Positions 1 through 12,400 are shown, counted from the first letter of the stretch. The stretch is 64,000 bases of DNA from Octopus sinensis (GCF_006345805.1 NC_043001.1:15190001-15254000), one strand, 5' to 3'. Made by a program: numbers and translations. Notes: generated by a model from the sequence alone, not told the origin.

Positions 1-664
1 TTCAGTTTTGTTATCATGGTGGTGATTGTGACTCTGCTTGCCTGGATTTCTACACGAAGCAACAACAGTAAAAAAAACTTTGTTGGCTCATCATCCTAGA
101 AGCAGCAGAAAATTGGTCATACTGGTACAAAGCCACATTAGCAGTGACATGAAATAACCAAAGAAGAACATTCAGGGATGACAGCAGGTTTTCTGAGATA
201 TAGACAGACACAAAAGGGACCCCCCCCACCCCTTTTCCTGAAAACAAAACAACCTCGATCCCAGATGCAAACTGAAAGTGACTCGTTTCTGACAAGTTGT
301 GAAAACTAAAACTAAATAGTAATGCAGTAGACTTATCATTGGGGATAACAATGACAAAGACCAAGAGGAATGGTAAAGTACTACACACGAAACCCAGCTG
401 ACCAATAACTGCTAAGAACCACGAAACATTGTTGTCAGCAATTATGACAATTACAGTGCTAATGGAATAATTCTTGTTTCCAATTTTAATACTGCTTTCT
501 GTTAAAAATCCTTTAATAACCAATATCTTAATCTAATTAAATGTTTTCAATGTTGAACTTTGAAATGTTAATATTCCACAACAAATTTTCAAAGATTATG
601 AGCTATATTGTATAAGCATTACTTAATCTTATAAATCTGTTTTTGAAAACATTTTTTCCTTTTA

Positions 665-845
665 TTGTGTCTAGGGAGAGTTATTTTCTTTTTGTGCCTT
701 ATAATTGAACACACTGGTAAAATTACCACTGAGTGTGTTAAATTATAAGGCACAAAAAGAAAATGACTCTCCCAAGACACAACAGAATATGCTTCAACAC
801 ACAAACTCCGATAAAGAATCTTGCAAACCAAATACAAAAACAAAA
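665..845. mobile_element. MITE-like foldback element (long-TIR family, copy 1)
   Basis: 665-715 TTGTGTCTAGGGAGAGTTATTTTCTTTTTGTGCCTTATAATTGAACACACT is nearly the reverse complement of 732-782; the family sequence continues to ~845 and recurs at 20878 and 24665. Confidence 0.7.
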
Positions 846-871
846 TATTTTTTCTTTTACTTATATGAGAT

Positions 872-1232
872 AGACACAGGCATGGCTGTGTGCTAAGAAG
901 GTTCTAGGTTCAGTTCCAGCGTGTGGTACTTTTGGCAAGTGTCTTCTGCTATAGCCACGAGCTGACCAAAGCCTTGTGAATGGATTTGCAGATGGAAACT
1001 GAAAGAAGCCTAAAGTATATATGTTTGTGTGTGTGTGTGTGGTGTGTGTGTGTGTGTGTGTATGTCTGTCCTCATCACAGCTTGACAACTGGTGTTGGTG
1101 TGTTTATGTCCCTGTAACTTAGCATTTCAGCAAAGGAGACCAATACTGTAGTCAATTCATTTATCTAAAAATTCTTTGAAGCAGTGCCCCAGCATGGCTA
1201 CAGTCTAATGACTGAAACAAGTAAAGGATAGA
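872..1232 (+). mobile_element. SINE family A (tRNA head, CORE-like CCTTGGGCAAGT domain, central microsatellite), diverged copy
   Basis: Box A/B-like head (TGGCTGTGTG...GGTTCAGTTCC), (TG)n middle, tail ...GACTGAAACAAGTAAA shared with ~20 other copies. Confidence 0.85.
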
Positions 1233-3659
1233 AGATATCTAGCTCATTATTTATGCTACTAATCGTACATATCTAATGTAAACTTTGGTAAGTATCGTGC
1301 ATAAGATTCCTTAGTTGCAAATATAAAAAAAGAATACTAAGCTCTCATCAAAACCATGTACCTATCATCATCATCACCATCATCATTGTATAGCCACTTT
1401 TCTGGCTGATATGGATTGAATGGGTTGTCACAACTTGAGCCAGTTCTTATTTGGGATTACTACCTTCTCAGACAGATCGATGGACCACATCTCACTCATA
1501 TATTTGTGATTTAGTTCCCATAGCTTTATGACACTCCAATCACCAACCACTTTATAGTGTGTACAGGGTGCATTTTATTGTAGCACTGGTATTAGAAAGG
1601 TTATTGGGTCTTCAATAAGACAAGACTAAAGAATCCTCTTGACCCTACGTTTTCTCCTCTTTGATATCAACAACTTTACAGAATGCACTTTGTGCATTTT
1701 ATTGTGGCAACAACACTGGAGAAATTGTCTTATATGTGGGAAGACAGAGGAGTTTTTAATACTCCATGTTGTCTGTGTTTGTTCAGGGCAATGTGACCAA
1801 CAGAGTGAGTAGAAGAGAGGGTGATTGCTGATGATAAACTAAGGTAGGGAAGATAAACATGCACAAATAGGATGTGGAAACCTCTGTGGTTTTTCTATTT
1901 CATAGAATATATAAATTAAATTTTTCAATCATAAGTTAGTGATAAGCATACAAAAGAACAATTTTTATTATATGTAATATGTATATCCAAGGCTATTTCA
2001 TTTTGACAATTAAAACAATGGAATAATAGTGAGAAGCCCAAAAGCTTGGTAATTACGAAGCAGCCAATCATTTTCTTTACTTTCAAAATTGTAACTTCCT
2101 GTAAATGAATTTCAGCCAGAACTCTCTTGAGCAGTTTAAAATTCAAACTTCATATAAACAGTCAAAAAACACAAGCAGTTTGTCTCTATCCCAGCCTGAG
2201 TGACTAAAGACGAGAGAAAATTGCATTTATTTACAAATCTAGCCAAAGAATGATAAAATGAAAACCAAAACCCGAGTGTAAAAATGTTGAATAGTAATAA
2301 TAAGTTTTCAAATAAACAATCTCAATAAAGAAAACAATATATGATGATGGATATGTAGAGAAATAAAACACTCATTTTTGCTGAATGATTTTAAAAAGAC
2401 TTAACTGCCATTAAACAATTATTTCATGTTTAATATATTTAGTTCTATTTAGCTTCTGGTTGTTGACAATAAAAACAATATAATATTTCATTGGGGAATT
2501 TACTACACATCACAAAAACACTTCAGTACATAAAATCTCACCCAAAGACCTCTTGCATTTGGTGTCCTCGGTTACATAAAACATAGCATGGGTACATTTT
2601 ATGTTAACAGATACCTAACCTATTCAAAATTACAAATACAGATCCATATCAAAACAAACTTGTACTATGAGTTCACAGCTACTTACTAGTACAGCTGCAA
2701 ATGTTATATGAGCACTTTATTCTTCATTACAGTGCATAAGATGAATATAATTATACTGCCCACATACAAACTTTTGAATAAACACGAATAAATCAAAGAA
2801 ACTATACAAAATTTAATATATCTTTAACAAAACAATGTAACAGAAGAATAATGAAAACAGTATAGTGCATTTGAACGTTTACAATATTCTAACACAAGAA
2901 TACAGAATACAAAGACCAAAACCATTGATTGTAAATTCAATAGGCAAGCAATGGAGATGAAATTCCACAGTCGTATTCTTTGGAGACGAAAACAATGTTA
3001 TATATAATTTTATTTTATTTTATTTTATTTTATTATATATTTTGTGAACAAGAGTGTCGTTGGGTACAGGTTTCTCACCAGTCAGCCACTGGGTCGTTGC
3101 CTTTACTGTGGTGAAAGTGACAAGGATTGTCTGTGCCACACAAAGAGAAGAAATACAAGCACTGATTTATTGGTTTCTTCAGTGTGTGATGCTCACAGAT
3201 TTTCCAGTACAGATTACTCAAAACACACACACTTTTCACATATGATGGCAACAAATAGCCTTCGACAAAAACTGTCTGAAATAGCTAACATGCATCTGAC
3301 AACAGATTAATAACAACCATTGTATTTACTTTGTAAATCTGAACAAACTAATATTAACAACTGTAAGAAAACTCAAATACTGATTGTTGGGACATTGAAA
3401 TTGTAAGTTATGTCGCATATTAGAAAATTTCCCATTGTAATATGTAAAATTTCATTAATTTTTTTGTCAGTTTATTTACAGAGATGAGAGATGAAGTCAA
3501 CAGAAATAATTTTCACATAGTTCCTGGAAGTTATTTATCAATTCTTGAAGGGTGACAATGTAATTTGGCTTTAATATAAAGAAAAAAAATGGTTACTGTA
3601 TTTTACATAAGAAGACTAATTTCTATAAAGCAAGGATAAACAGATTACATATGAAACAC

Positions 3660-3860
3660 GCATACACATCATTATCACTTCCAAGCTTGCATGGTGCAGG
3701 CAGAGTTTATTGAAGCAGATTTTCTATGACCAGATGCTCTTCCTGTTACCAACCCTTATGTTTCCCAGCAAGGTAATATTTCCCCCGCATCCAGAGATGT
3801 TATCGCAGAGTACTGGAAATGAATGACATTCATTTACAATAATTATGTAATGTTGAAACA
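3660..3860 (-). mobile_element. Retroposon 3' fragment (RTE-tail-like subfamily)
   Basis: Similar to the copy at 45300-45520 in the opposite orientation; shares the GGATGCCCTTCCT..CCAACC motif with RTE tails. Confidence 0.55.
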
Positions 3861-3869
3861 AGACACACA

Positions 3870-3870
3870 A

Positions 3871-3960
<90 letters not shown>
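3870..3960. repeat. (GA)n microsatellite
   Basis: Direct reading, ~45 units. Confidence 0.95.
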
Positions 3961-3961
<1 letters not shown>

Positions 3962-4019
3962 AGATTTAAATGACAATTTCAGTCAACATGCACTACGCAC
4001 ATACATACACACATGCAAC

Positions 4020-4180
4020 ATGCTTCCTTCAATTTCCATCTACCAAATACACTCACAAGGCTTTGATCAGCTTGCAGCTATAGAAGACACTTGCTTAAGG
4101 TGCCACAGCATGAAACTGAACCTGAAACCATTTAAGTGGGAAGCAAACTTCTTAATCATACAGCCACGCCTGTGCCTGCA
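4020..4180 (-). mobile_element. SINE family A, 5' half
   Basis: Reverse complement of the family A head and CORE-like domain. Confidence 0.75.
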
Positions 4181-5490
4181 CCTACACATACACACACACA
4201 CAGATTGATTTCCTGTTCTACTGCAAAATAAAACATTTAATGTTTAAAACGTTTCTAGTCAAGGGTATTGAGATTAGAATTTCCAAAGAACATAATAACT
4301 AAGTATGGCGAGGGAGTCAGAAAGCAGAATATTTTGATGTAAGAGTTTTCAATAGAGATTATAAAGAAGCTATTGATATCAAATCTTTAGAGTTGGGAAT
4401 AGTCAGAAGATGATGTGAAAATCTGTTGGGTGGTCATTAATTACTAAACTAACTTGGTTTAAGTGAGATGAGTAAAAGAACTGATGAAAGTTATCAACTT
4501 TTATCCCCACTTCTTGTTAAATTATTAGTTAGGGAATTGACTCATGTTTTAGAAAAACTAAAAGTAGTTTAGTTACCACATCTGAGACGTCTGAAAATAT
4601 TTGTTTTATTTCATATATTGTAACCCATGCCAGCATGGCAAAATAAACACAAAATTGCTAACGATATGCGAATAATATTTAAACACTTCAGAAGTTTTAA
4701 TGGTTATTGTTGTCAATAATGTATAAGTGATTGAGTGGGAAGAAAAGGAAAGAGAGAGAGAGAAGGGGATTTAAATGAGAATTTCAGTCAACAAACTAGT
4801 TAACCTCTCAACTGAAAACAAACTTTCAGTAAAACACTCCATATATGAAAAGGATATCATGAATGTTTATATACTAAAAATTTTACTTAAAGAGGGAAGA
4901 AGGATATTTTAAACAATTTTCTCAAGCATATTAAAAAGAAAATCAAGAGATATTAAAAGCAGTCAAAGTCAAAACACCATCAGCTACTAGCGTCTCCCCT
5001 CCATAACAACACTACTGGTCAATCCTTCAATCCCCATGATGTAATTTTAGTCGACAATTACACTAGGCTAATCACTTTTAAAGGAAAGATAAATAAAGAT
5101 GGCATATTACGTTGGTTCATACTTTATTTAAATTATTTCAGTAATTCTATATTTCTCCACCTTCATTTGGTTTTTTTTTTATAATTAGAAAAAATACACC
5201 TACACTAAATTATTCATGAGTATCAGCAGAGATTGAGAAATATAATTTTCTTTAATCCAAATGTGCAAATTTGAAGAAAAAAACCCCTCTGCTCTACACG
5301 TGTCTACTTGTTCACACATACACACAGAGTGTGTGTGTGTGTGTGTGTATAACATACAAGAAGACATGAGTAATATATGCATCTAAACATACACATGTGA
5401 GCCTTAGAACTTTCAAAAAAATCAACCAGAAGGTTCCAAAGGGTAAGCTGAGATATTAAATTTGTAGCTGGATGGAATTAAAATATTAGT

Positions 5491-5508
5491 TTAGCGAGCA
5501 ACTTTGTC
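5491..5508 (-). CDS. Candidate terminal coding exon (DKVAR*) of an unidentified minus-strand gene
   Basis: Strong acceptor ttatttttatatttatttctag; all three frames stop within 35 nt. Could be chance. Confidence 0.15.
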   Translation of the reverse strand, partial: DKVAR

Positions 5509-5569
5509 CTAGAAATAAATATAAAAATAATTTGTGAAACTACTTGATTTTGAATATTACTATCGTCAT

Positions 5570-6002
5570 GCTCGTCATCTTAAGAGCCAAGGTTTCCTGG
5601 TGCACAGCTTTTCAGTGCAACATAACATTAATCTTCTTGATCCTGTGTGATCTCATCTGAGAGTGCAACGTTCTGAATAGGGTTTCACTGCTTCCTCCAG
5701 TGATTCCACTATCACTATACAGTACTACCCACGTTAGTACATAACATTATTCCACTCAGCACTTTGTCCATCCACATCATATGTCTATATACAAGTGAAG
5801 ATCTCTCTCAAATGGTCTTTAAGGTCTAATCGTTATTTCAGCTCACGTCTCTCTATTTCCTCAGAATTAATATTACAAGGGTTGATATTTAATACCATTC
5901 TAGTCTCACAGATGTTCCACATTAAAAACCTAAGTTTCACTGCTATGCAGCTGCACACTTTTTATATACTGCACCCAAGTACGCTCAGTAAAATAGTTGG
6001 CA
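5570..6002 (-). pseudogene. Old RTE-like LINE RT C-terminal fragment
   Basis: Degenerate reading KSVQLHSSET*VFNVEHL resembles RTE RxAMLHGSETWxLNAEDL. Confidence 0.45.
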
Positions 6003-6889
6003 AATGGATAGAGATGTCGGGGTTGAAAGAACTCTACAATCATTCAAAGTGGATGAGAACTTTACTTGTTCTGGTGCAATGATAAAATGCACCCAGAACA
6101 CTTCATAAAGTGGTGCTAGGAAACAGTAGAAACCATGCCAAATGAAACACAAATGAGACATGATTTCCAGACCTATCCAGGAGGGCAAAAATCTACAAGA
6201 ATCATGATAGCCCATCCATACCATTCCAGCAGGGAAGACATAAAATGATGTTGGTATTGGTTTGCTTTTTCCAGAGATAGAGAAACCTTTGTTGACAACA
6301 AAATCAATTGTCATCTAAACTTCTACCATGTTTATTTTAATCTCACAATAAGACAGTCATTGTATGAACTTCTGTTTACCTAATGCTTGTATTGAGTTTT
6401 TGCAAACACCTTTCCTAAATGTTAAACAATATCAATTCACAAATGGTACTGGGATATTGAGGTTTCAGTTTTACCTTTACTAGGTTTCAAAGATCTGTTA
6501 GAGCTCTTCCAAGTCAGGCTGTCAACAACAAAACAGTTCCTATGACTTTCCTTTTCTATTGCCAGAACAGTTACGATGATGAGAAAGCTGTTGAATACAG
6601 AGAACCAGTGAACATTTGAAGATTATTTGCCAACATAATGTGGCAGTCCCGGGTGAGACAAATAATACTGTTATTTAGCCCCAGGAAACATCACCTCCAG
6701 CTGGCTATATGACACACAATCCGTGTCCTTATATTTTCGAAAAGGGGAGTCTAGCACACCCACTCAGTACAAAGCAATAGCTGTGGACCTCGGCACAGAA
6801 TAACTGTTCAACTAAGATGGCACTGCTAAATTCCCATTCGAAAATATATATAATTTTCAAAGTGGCACACAGAAAAATTATCATTTCTA

Positions 6890-7115
6890 AACCTAACCCA
6901 TATGCTTTTCACTCAGCTGGTTAGTAATCCTTACCTTCTGCATTACACTCTTATACGTAGCTAAACCAGTTCTTACAGGTCATTCATCAGCCCTTATGAT
7001 TCTTAATGCTAGTATAGGACTCTATACAAGGCTTTCTCCACTTTGACAAATACTAATTTGATTTTCCTTAGTTACAAATAACTTCTCCAAAAATTCAGCA
7101 AGGAAAGTAAACCTG
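6890..7115 (-). pseudogene. RTE LINE reverse transcriptase fragment
   Basis: VKVEKALYRVL..ALRIIRADE*PVRTGLATYKSVMQKVRITNQLSE matches RTE VDLEKAFDRVP..LRKLGIDEWLVRAVQAMY..SKVRVGNEYSE. Confidence 0.7.
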
Positions 7116-7224
7116 CTACATTAAATAAAAAATATATGCAGACTCTAAATATCTCAATATTTTTAATTATCAGCTGAAATATCATTCTATTCTGAATATG
7201 TACAACACACTGTTTGTGTCAATA

Positions 7225-7880
7225 GAAAGGTGGCAAGCTGGCAGAATGGCAGAAATATTAGCATGTTGGGTGAAACACTTTAGCGGTATTTCATCTGTCT
7301 TTACGTTGTGAGTTCAAATTCCGCTGAGATCGACAAATTAAGTACCAGTTGCGTACTGAGGTTGATCTAATTATTCCACTCAGCACTTTGTCCATTCCCA
7401 TCATATGTCTATATACGAGTGAAGATCTCTCTCAAATGGTCTTTAAGATCTAATCGTTATTTCAGCTCACTTCTCTCTATTTCCTCAGAATTAATTTTAC
7501 AAGGGTTGATATTCAATACCACTCTAGTCTCACAGACGTTCCACATTAAAAACCTAAGTCTCACTGCTATGCAGCTGCACATTTTTTATATACTGCACCC
7601 AAGTATGCTCTGTAAAATAGTTGGCACGAAAAATTTTGGGTCTTGTGCTTAGAGTAGAAAAGAATATTTTAAAGGTGGCAAGCTGGCAGAAACATTAGCA
7701 TGCCAGGTGAAACGCTTAGCAGTATTTCGTCTGCCTTTATGTTCTGAGTTCAAATTCTGCCGAGATCGACTTTGCCTTTCATCCTTTCGGGGTCGATAAA
7801 TTAAGTACCAGTTGCATACTGGGGTCGATCTAATCAGCTGCCTCCCCCCTCCCCCAAAACTTTCAGGCCTTGCTTCAATA
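7225..7880 (+). mobile_element. SINE family B (Deu/Nin-like domain), two tandem copies; the first is interrupted by a 257-bp insertion
   Basis: Head GGTGGCAAGCTGGCAGAA..GAGTTCAAATTC; domain GCCTTTCATCCTTTCGGGGTCGATAAATTAAGTACCAG. Confidence 0.85.
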
Positions 7881-7982
7881 GATCTGCATGGGAAATACCT
7901 ATTCCACCTTTCCAAGTCTGCTTCAAGAACACATATAAATATATAAACTTGTGAACTCAGACTCCTCATACCAACATGGATA

Positions 7983-8209
7983 TTAACCCTTTTGCTACCA
8001 TCTTTCTGTTGAAAGACACTGCTTTTGTTTCAATAAATTTTGAAAATGAAGAATTCAGTGAAATAATTTTGACATTGTTAAGTTGGTATTTGAAGCATAA
8101 ATTAGAATGAAGCTTTGCTTGAAGATTTTAACTCAGATCACTTTCAAGCAGAAAGCTTATTTCGTAGAACTAGGGATGGTCTCAGGTAGGTTGGTATCAA
8201 ATGGGTTAA
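7983..8209. mobile_element. piggyBac-like MITE (family 2)
   Basis: TTAA-CCCTTTTGCTACCA ... TGGTATCAAATGGG-TTAA: inverted termini plus TTAA target. Confidence 0.65.
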
Positions 8210-8714
8210 ATAAAAAGTTGTAATAAAAAATAAGCATAAAAAAAAGATGCTAAGCTATACCACAGAACAATCTTCAACTACTTTCTGCAATATCTTATAT
8301 CATTAATATTTTTATACATGCGTGTACACCAATTAAACAAATCTCCACAGAAACTTCATCTTTTTCAAACAAACTTCTCAAGAGGAGTTTAATGTAACAC
8401 TAATTAGATATAAGTGGTAACCATTATAGGAGGTAGCTAATTAGCAATGATGTTATGTCATTCAGATGTTTATCATAGAGTATTGGGGGACATACTAGAC
8501 TACTGCCATATTCGTTACCAATAGCTTTAAATGAAATAGATTCAGGATTTCATGGTTCAAAGTTCTGACTTTACAATCAATACAGATTTTGTTACCTAAA
8601 GTTCATTACAAAATTATTTTATCAATCAGGTGATAATGATACAATTATAAAATTTCTGGATAATAACTAACCTTGTCTTTAGAGCTTAAATATTTTTTAA
8701 TATTTCGAGCGTGA

Positions 8715-8990
8715 TCAATGCCAGCGCTGCCTGACTGGCTCCTGTGCTGGTAGCACGTAAAAAGCACCATTTGAGTGTGGTCGATGCCAGTGCTGCCTGA
8801 CTGGCCCCCATGCCTGTGGCATGTAAAAAGCGCCTACTACACTCTCGGAGTGAGGGGCATTAGGAAGGGTGCCCTGCTGTTGAAACCTTGCCAGATCAGA
8901 TTGGTGCAGCCTCCTGGCTTGCCAGTTCTCAGTCAAACTGTCCAACCCATTCCAGCATGGAAAGCGGATGTTAAATGATGATGACACATT
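8715..8990 (+). mobile_element. RTE LINE 3' end (5'-truncated) with (GAT)n tail
   Basis: GTAAAAAGCACC repeats, TAGGAAGGG..CCAGC, ...GGATGTTAAATGATGATG tail. Confidence 0.8.
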
Positions 8991-9323
8991 TCAATTGGTT
9001 TGAGCTCCAAAATAACCAGTTGTCATTTGGAGTATGTACATAGTGTCAAAATATATTAGGACTCAAACCTTTATATCTAAACTAATGATTGTTATGCTCT
9101 TATTGATAAGCCCACTATTGCATGTACATAGTGACAGAGTGGACAAGAACATTAGTACCTTAGTTTATTAACAAACATTCCTATTTTGAATGCCATATGA
9201 TACCCAACGAGGACTGGAAATCAAATTAAGTGGAAAAGTGTGGATATATTTTGAAAAATATTTCGTTTCTAAAATTAAGGTTAATAATCTGAAAAATTCT
9301 AACTGTATTAAGAGAAATCTGTT

Positions 9324-9539
9324 TTAATCCTTTAGTATTCAGGTTATTCTGTTAAATCTAATGCTTATTTATCTACATTGTCTTAAATTAATCATACATT
9401 GTCTCAGCTTTAAAATTTCTTGTTCATTATTACTATGGCAATGTAGAGTAGGTGTAACATGTTGGATCTGGCCAGTTTGACCATGAAAGAGGCAAAATAT
9501 TTTGGCCAGATATGGTCAGTTTGAATGCTAAAGGGTTAA
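9324..9539. mobile_element. piggyBac-like MITE (family 1)
   Basis: TTAATCCTTTAGTATT ... AATGCTAAAGGGTTAA; homologous to 33609 and 52815 (those are in the opposite orientation). Confidence 0.75.
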
Positions 9540-9600
9540 GCATTTAGACAATCTGGAAATAACAAGATTATCCATCATCAATACAATTGCATGAAGAACA

Positions 9601-9770
9601 CTATATAGGTGCAGGAGTGGTAATGTAGGTGTGGGAGTGGCTATATAAATGCAAGAGTGGCTAAATAGGTGCGGGAGCAGCGATATAGGTGTGAGAGTAG
9701 CTATATAAATGGAGGAGTGGCCATACACATGCAAGAGTGGCTATATAGGTACAGGAGTGCCTATATAGGC
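9601..9770 (+). repeat. 20-bp minisatellite (CTATATAGGTGCAGGAGTGG, ~8.5 units)
   Basis: Exact 20-bp period visible; runs directly into a SINE A body. Confidence 0.9.
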
Positions 9771-10170
9771 ATGTGGTAAGAAGTTTGCTTCCCAAACACT
9801 TGGTTCTGGATTCAGCCCCACTGAGTGATACCTTGCGCAAGTGTCTTCTACTATAGCCTCAGGTTGACCAAGACCTATCTGGATTTGGGAGATGGAAACT
9901 GAAAGAAGCCCATTGTGCATGTGTGTGTGTGTGTGTGCGTGTGTGTGTATGTGTGTATGTATGTGTGTATCTGTGTTTGTTTCCCCACCATTGCTTGATA
10001 ACCAATGTTGGTGTGTTTACATCCATGTAATTTAGCAGTTTGGCCAAAGAGGCCAATAGAATAAGTACTAGGCTTACAAAGAATAAGTCCTGGGGTAGAT
10101 TTGTTTGACTAAAGGCAGTGCTCCAGCATAGCCACAGTCAAACGACTGAAACCAGTAAAAGAATAAAAGA
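9771..10170 (+). mobile_element. SINE family A
   Basis: Family A body and tail. Confidence 0.85.
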
Positions 10171-10689
10171 GCATATTGTAAAAGAATCTAACCAAAATCT
10201 ATTATACATTTGAGAAGGTTTGTGTATGTCCATCTTCTCTCCACTCTTTCTTTTGGTATCATTTGTTTCACTGGACTGAACTTCTATGTTTTACTATTCC
10301 AGCCCTCTTCTTGCTCCTCACTGAAAGCATTACTACTTTCAGTTTCTCTTTCCCTCCCACACTTTTTATTTCTTTTATCTCTTACTCTTATTTATACCAA
10401 GCTGTTTTTGCCACCCTAATACTATTAACACTTCTTATATCTCTCTGCTTAATTTTTTTCTTCTTCTTTTGCTTTTCTCACTTGAATTTTCGTTGTTTTT
10501 TTTAATTTTTTTTTTTTAGAAAATTCATTTTAATTCAAACAGGAAGCCAAATTTTGTTTTTGTGAATGCCAGCTCAATTTGATCACAACCAAATGTAATT
10601 TTCCCTCGTATTAATGATTCACACATTAATAAAAACACAATCATAAATTAAAGAGATTTTGAAGACATGAAGTAAAATATAAAAGCAAC

Positions 10690-10846
10690 TACTAGGCGTG
10701 GCTGTGGTGGTAAGAAGCTTGCTTACCAACCACATGGTTCTGAGTTCATTCCTACTGCGTGGCACCTTGGGCAAGTGTCTTCTACTATAGCCTTCTACTA
10801 TAACCTTGTGTGTAAATTTGATAGACAGAAACTGAAAGAAACCAGT

Positions 10847-10903
<57 letters not shown>

Positions 10904-11110
10904 GTTTGTGTGTCTGTGTTTGTCCCCCACCATCACTTGACAATTGATGTTGGTTTGTTTACACCCTGTAACTTAGTGGCTTGGCAAAAGAGACCGATAG
11001 AATAAGTATTAGGCTTTCAAAGAATAAATCTTGGGGGTTGATTAGCTCGACTAAAGGCAGTGCTCCAGCATGGCTGCAGTCAAATGACTGAAACAAGTAA
11101 AAGAATAAAC
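10690..11110 (+). mobile_element. SINE family A with (TA)n expansion at 10848-10897
   Basis: Full head to tail. Confidence 0.9.
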
Positions 11111-11299
11111 ACAACAGTTTTGCAAATGTGTATGCGATAGAATAGCACAAATGAGTTTTCCATACACAACCAAATTGATTCATTATGTCAGCAGAGGTTC
11201 AAGATATTGGCAGAAAGAAAATACTTTTTAATATATGGTAAAAATCAATGCTGTTAAGATGTGAACCATCCAATCTTGCGTTGGTTTTAGCTCAAGTAT

Positions 11300-11660
11300 T
11301 GTAATGAGATTGTCAAAGATTTCAAGCATCAAACAGAATAGATTTACTCGAGTGGTTTACACAAGTGGACTCTACAATGCAGTCCACATCAATATTGTGG
11401 ACAAGATCAAGAATATTAATGAAGAACTTCAAAAACATGGTTTCTTTCAACCTCACGACCATAAAAGTCAACAAGCTATTTACAGAAGTTTTGAGAGAGG
11501 CAACACAATTCTGACACATTAAAATAATATATAATGGCCCCTGTCCTGCTCTTAGAAGACACCAAAGGCATTAAAGAGTTTCAAAGACTTTTTGTTGAAG
11601 ATACTCAAACGGTGATGTTGGTTTACAGAGGAAGAGTACCAGAAGATGGAGGCTTCTAAG
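11300..11660 (+). pseudogene. Old RTE-like LINE C-terminal fragment
   Basis: VYTSGLYNAVHINIVDKIKNINEEL resembles RTE CYTRMLRAALNISWxQHITNxEL; later LFVEDT motif. Confidence 0.45.
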
Positions 11661-11670
11661 CCTTGATTGA

Positions 11671-12006
11671 ACAGTACAAAATTGACAGCAGTACAAAAAT
11701 GACAACACACAAAATTGACAGCAGCACAAAATTGACAACAGTACAAAATTGACAACAGTACAAAATTGACAGTAGCACAAAATTGACAACAGTACAAAAT
11801 TGACAGTAGTACAAAATTGACAGCAGTACAAAATTGACAACACACAAAATTGACAGCACACAAAATTGACAGCAGCACAAAATTGACAACAGTACAAAAT
11901 TGACAGTAGCACAAAATTGACAACAGTACAAAATTGACAGCAGTGCAAAACTGACAGCAGTACAAAATTGACAGATGTACAAAATTAACACCAGTACAAA
12001 ATTGAC
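11671..12006 (+). repeat. 17-bp minisatellite (AGTACAAAATTGACAAC variants, 20 units)
   Basis: Units counted by hand; explains the three overlapping Cys-rich minus ORFs. Confidence 0.95.
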
Positions 12007-12007
12007 T

Positions 12008-12400
12008 CACTCCTGACCAAGACATTGAATGCACAAAATGTTGAGTTCTGCAATTCAAGTATGTCTGTAAATATAAGTGATCTGATGCTACAATGTTTGT
12101 TCTAATGAAGCAAAATAAGGTTTTCTGGTGCTTTTTTGCCTTTACCATTCATGAAGGATACTCCAGCATTCAACAACTTTCTGTCCATTTGGAAAATCCC
12201 AACAGATACACTTCACTCCAGCAACTTTGGCACAGCAAACACAACAGTCAAGAGACACAACACATTAGCCTTTTTCAAGCTGCCCCAGCATAACACCTCT
12301 TGCAAAAATAATGTTGTGCCATTGTTTTCTCTCCTACTATGCATAGAACAACAAGCCTATGCAGATAAAGAAAGCAAGATGCCCCAGTTAAAGATCAGCC
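12008..12400 (+). pseudogene. Helitron Rep-domain fragment (frameshifted)
   Basis: LLTKTLNAQNVEFCNS..KYVCKY..SDATMF, KVFWCFFAFTIHEGYSSIQQLSVHLEN, TLAFFKL, SYYA*NNK match the Helitron RepHel pattern LLxKTFNAHINVEFCNSxKSIKYVCKYVNKGSD / EAxWRIFxFPIHERxPxVxxLAVHLEN / TLTAFFKL / SYYTWN. Confidence 0.75.

Noticed and set aside
50-523. 157-aa minus-strand ORF
   Set aside because: Non-ATG start, weak acceptor, no recognisable motif; hydrophobicity is explained by the T/G-rich strand.
6935-7112. Exon with AG/GTAAGG boundaries
   Set aside because: Stops in all frames; it is an RTE RT fossil.
11552-12148. Three overlapping Cys-rich ORFs (metallothionein- or keratin-like look)
   Set aside because: All are translations of the 17-bp minisatellite, which lacks minus-strand stops.
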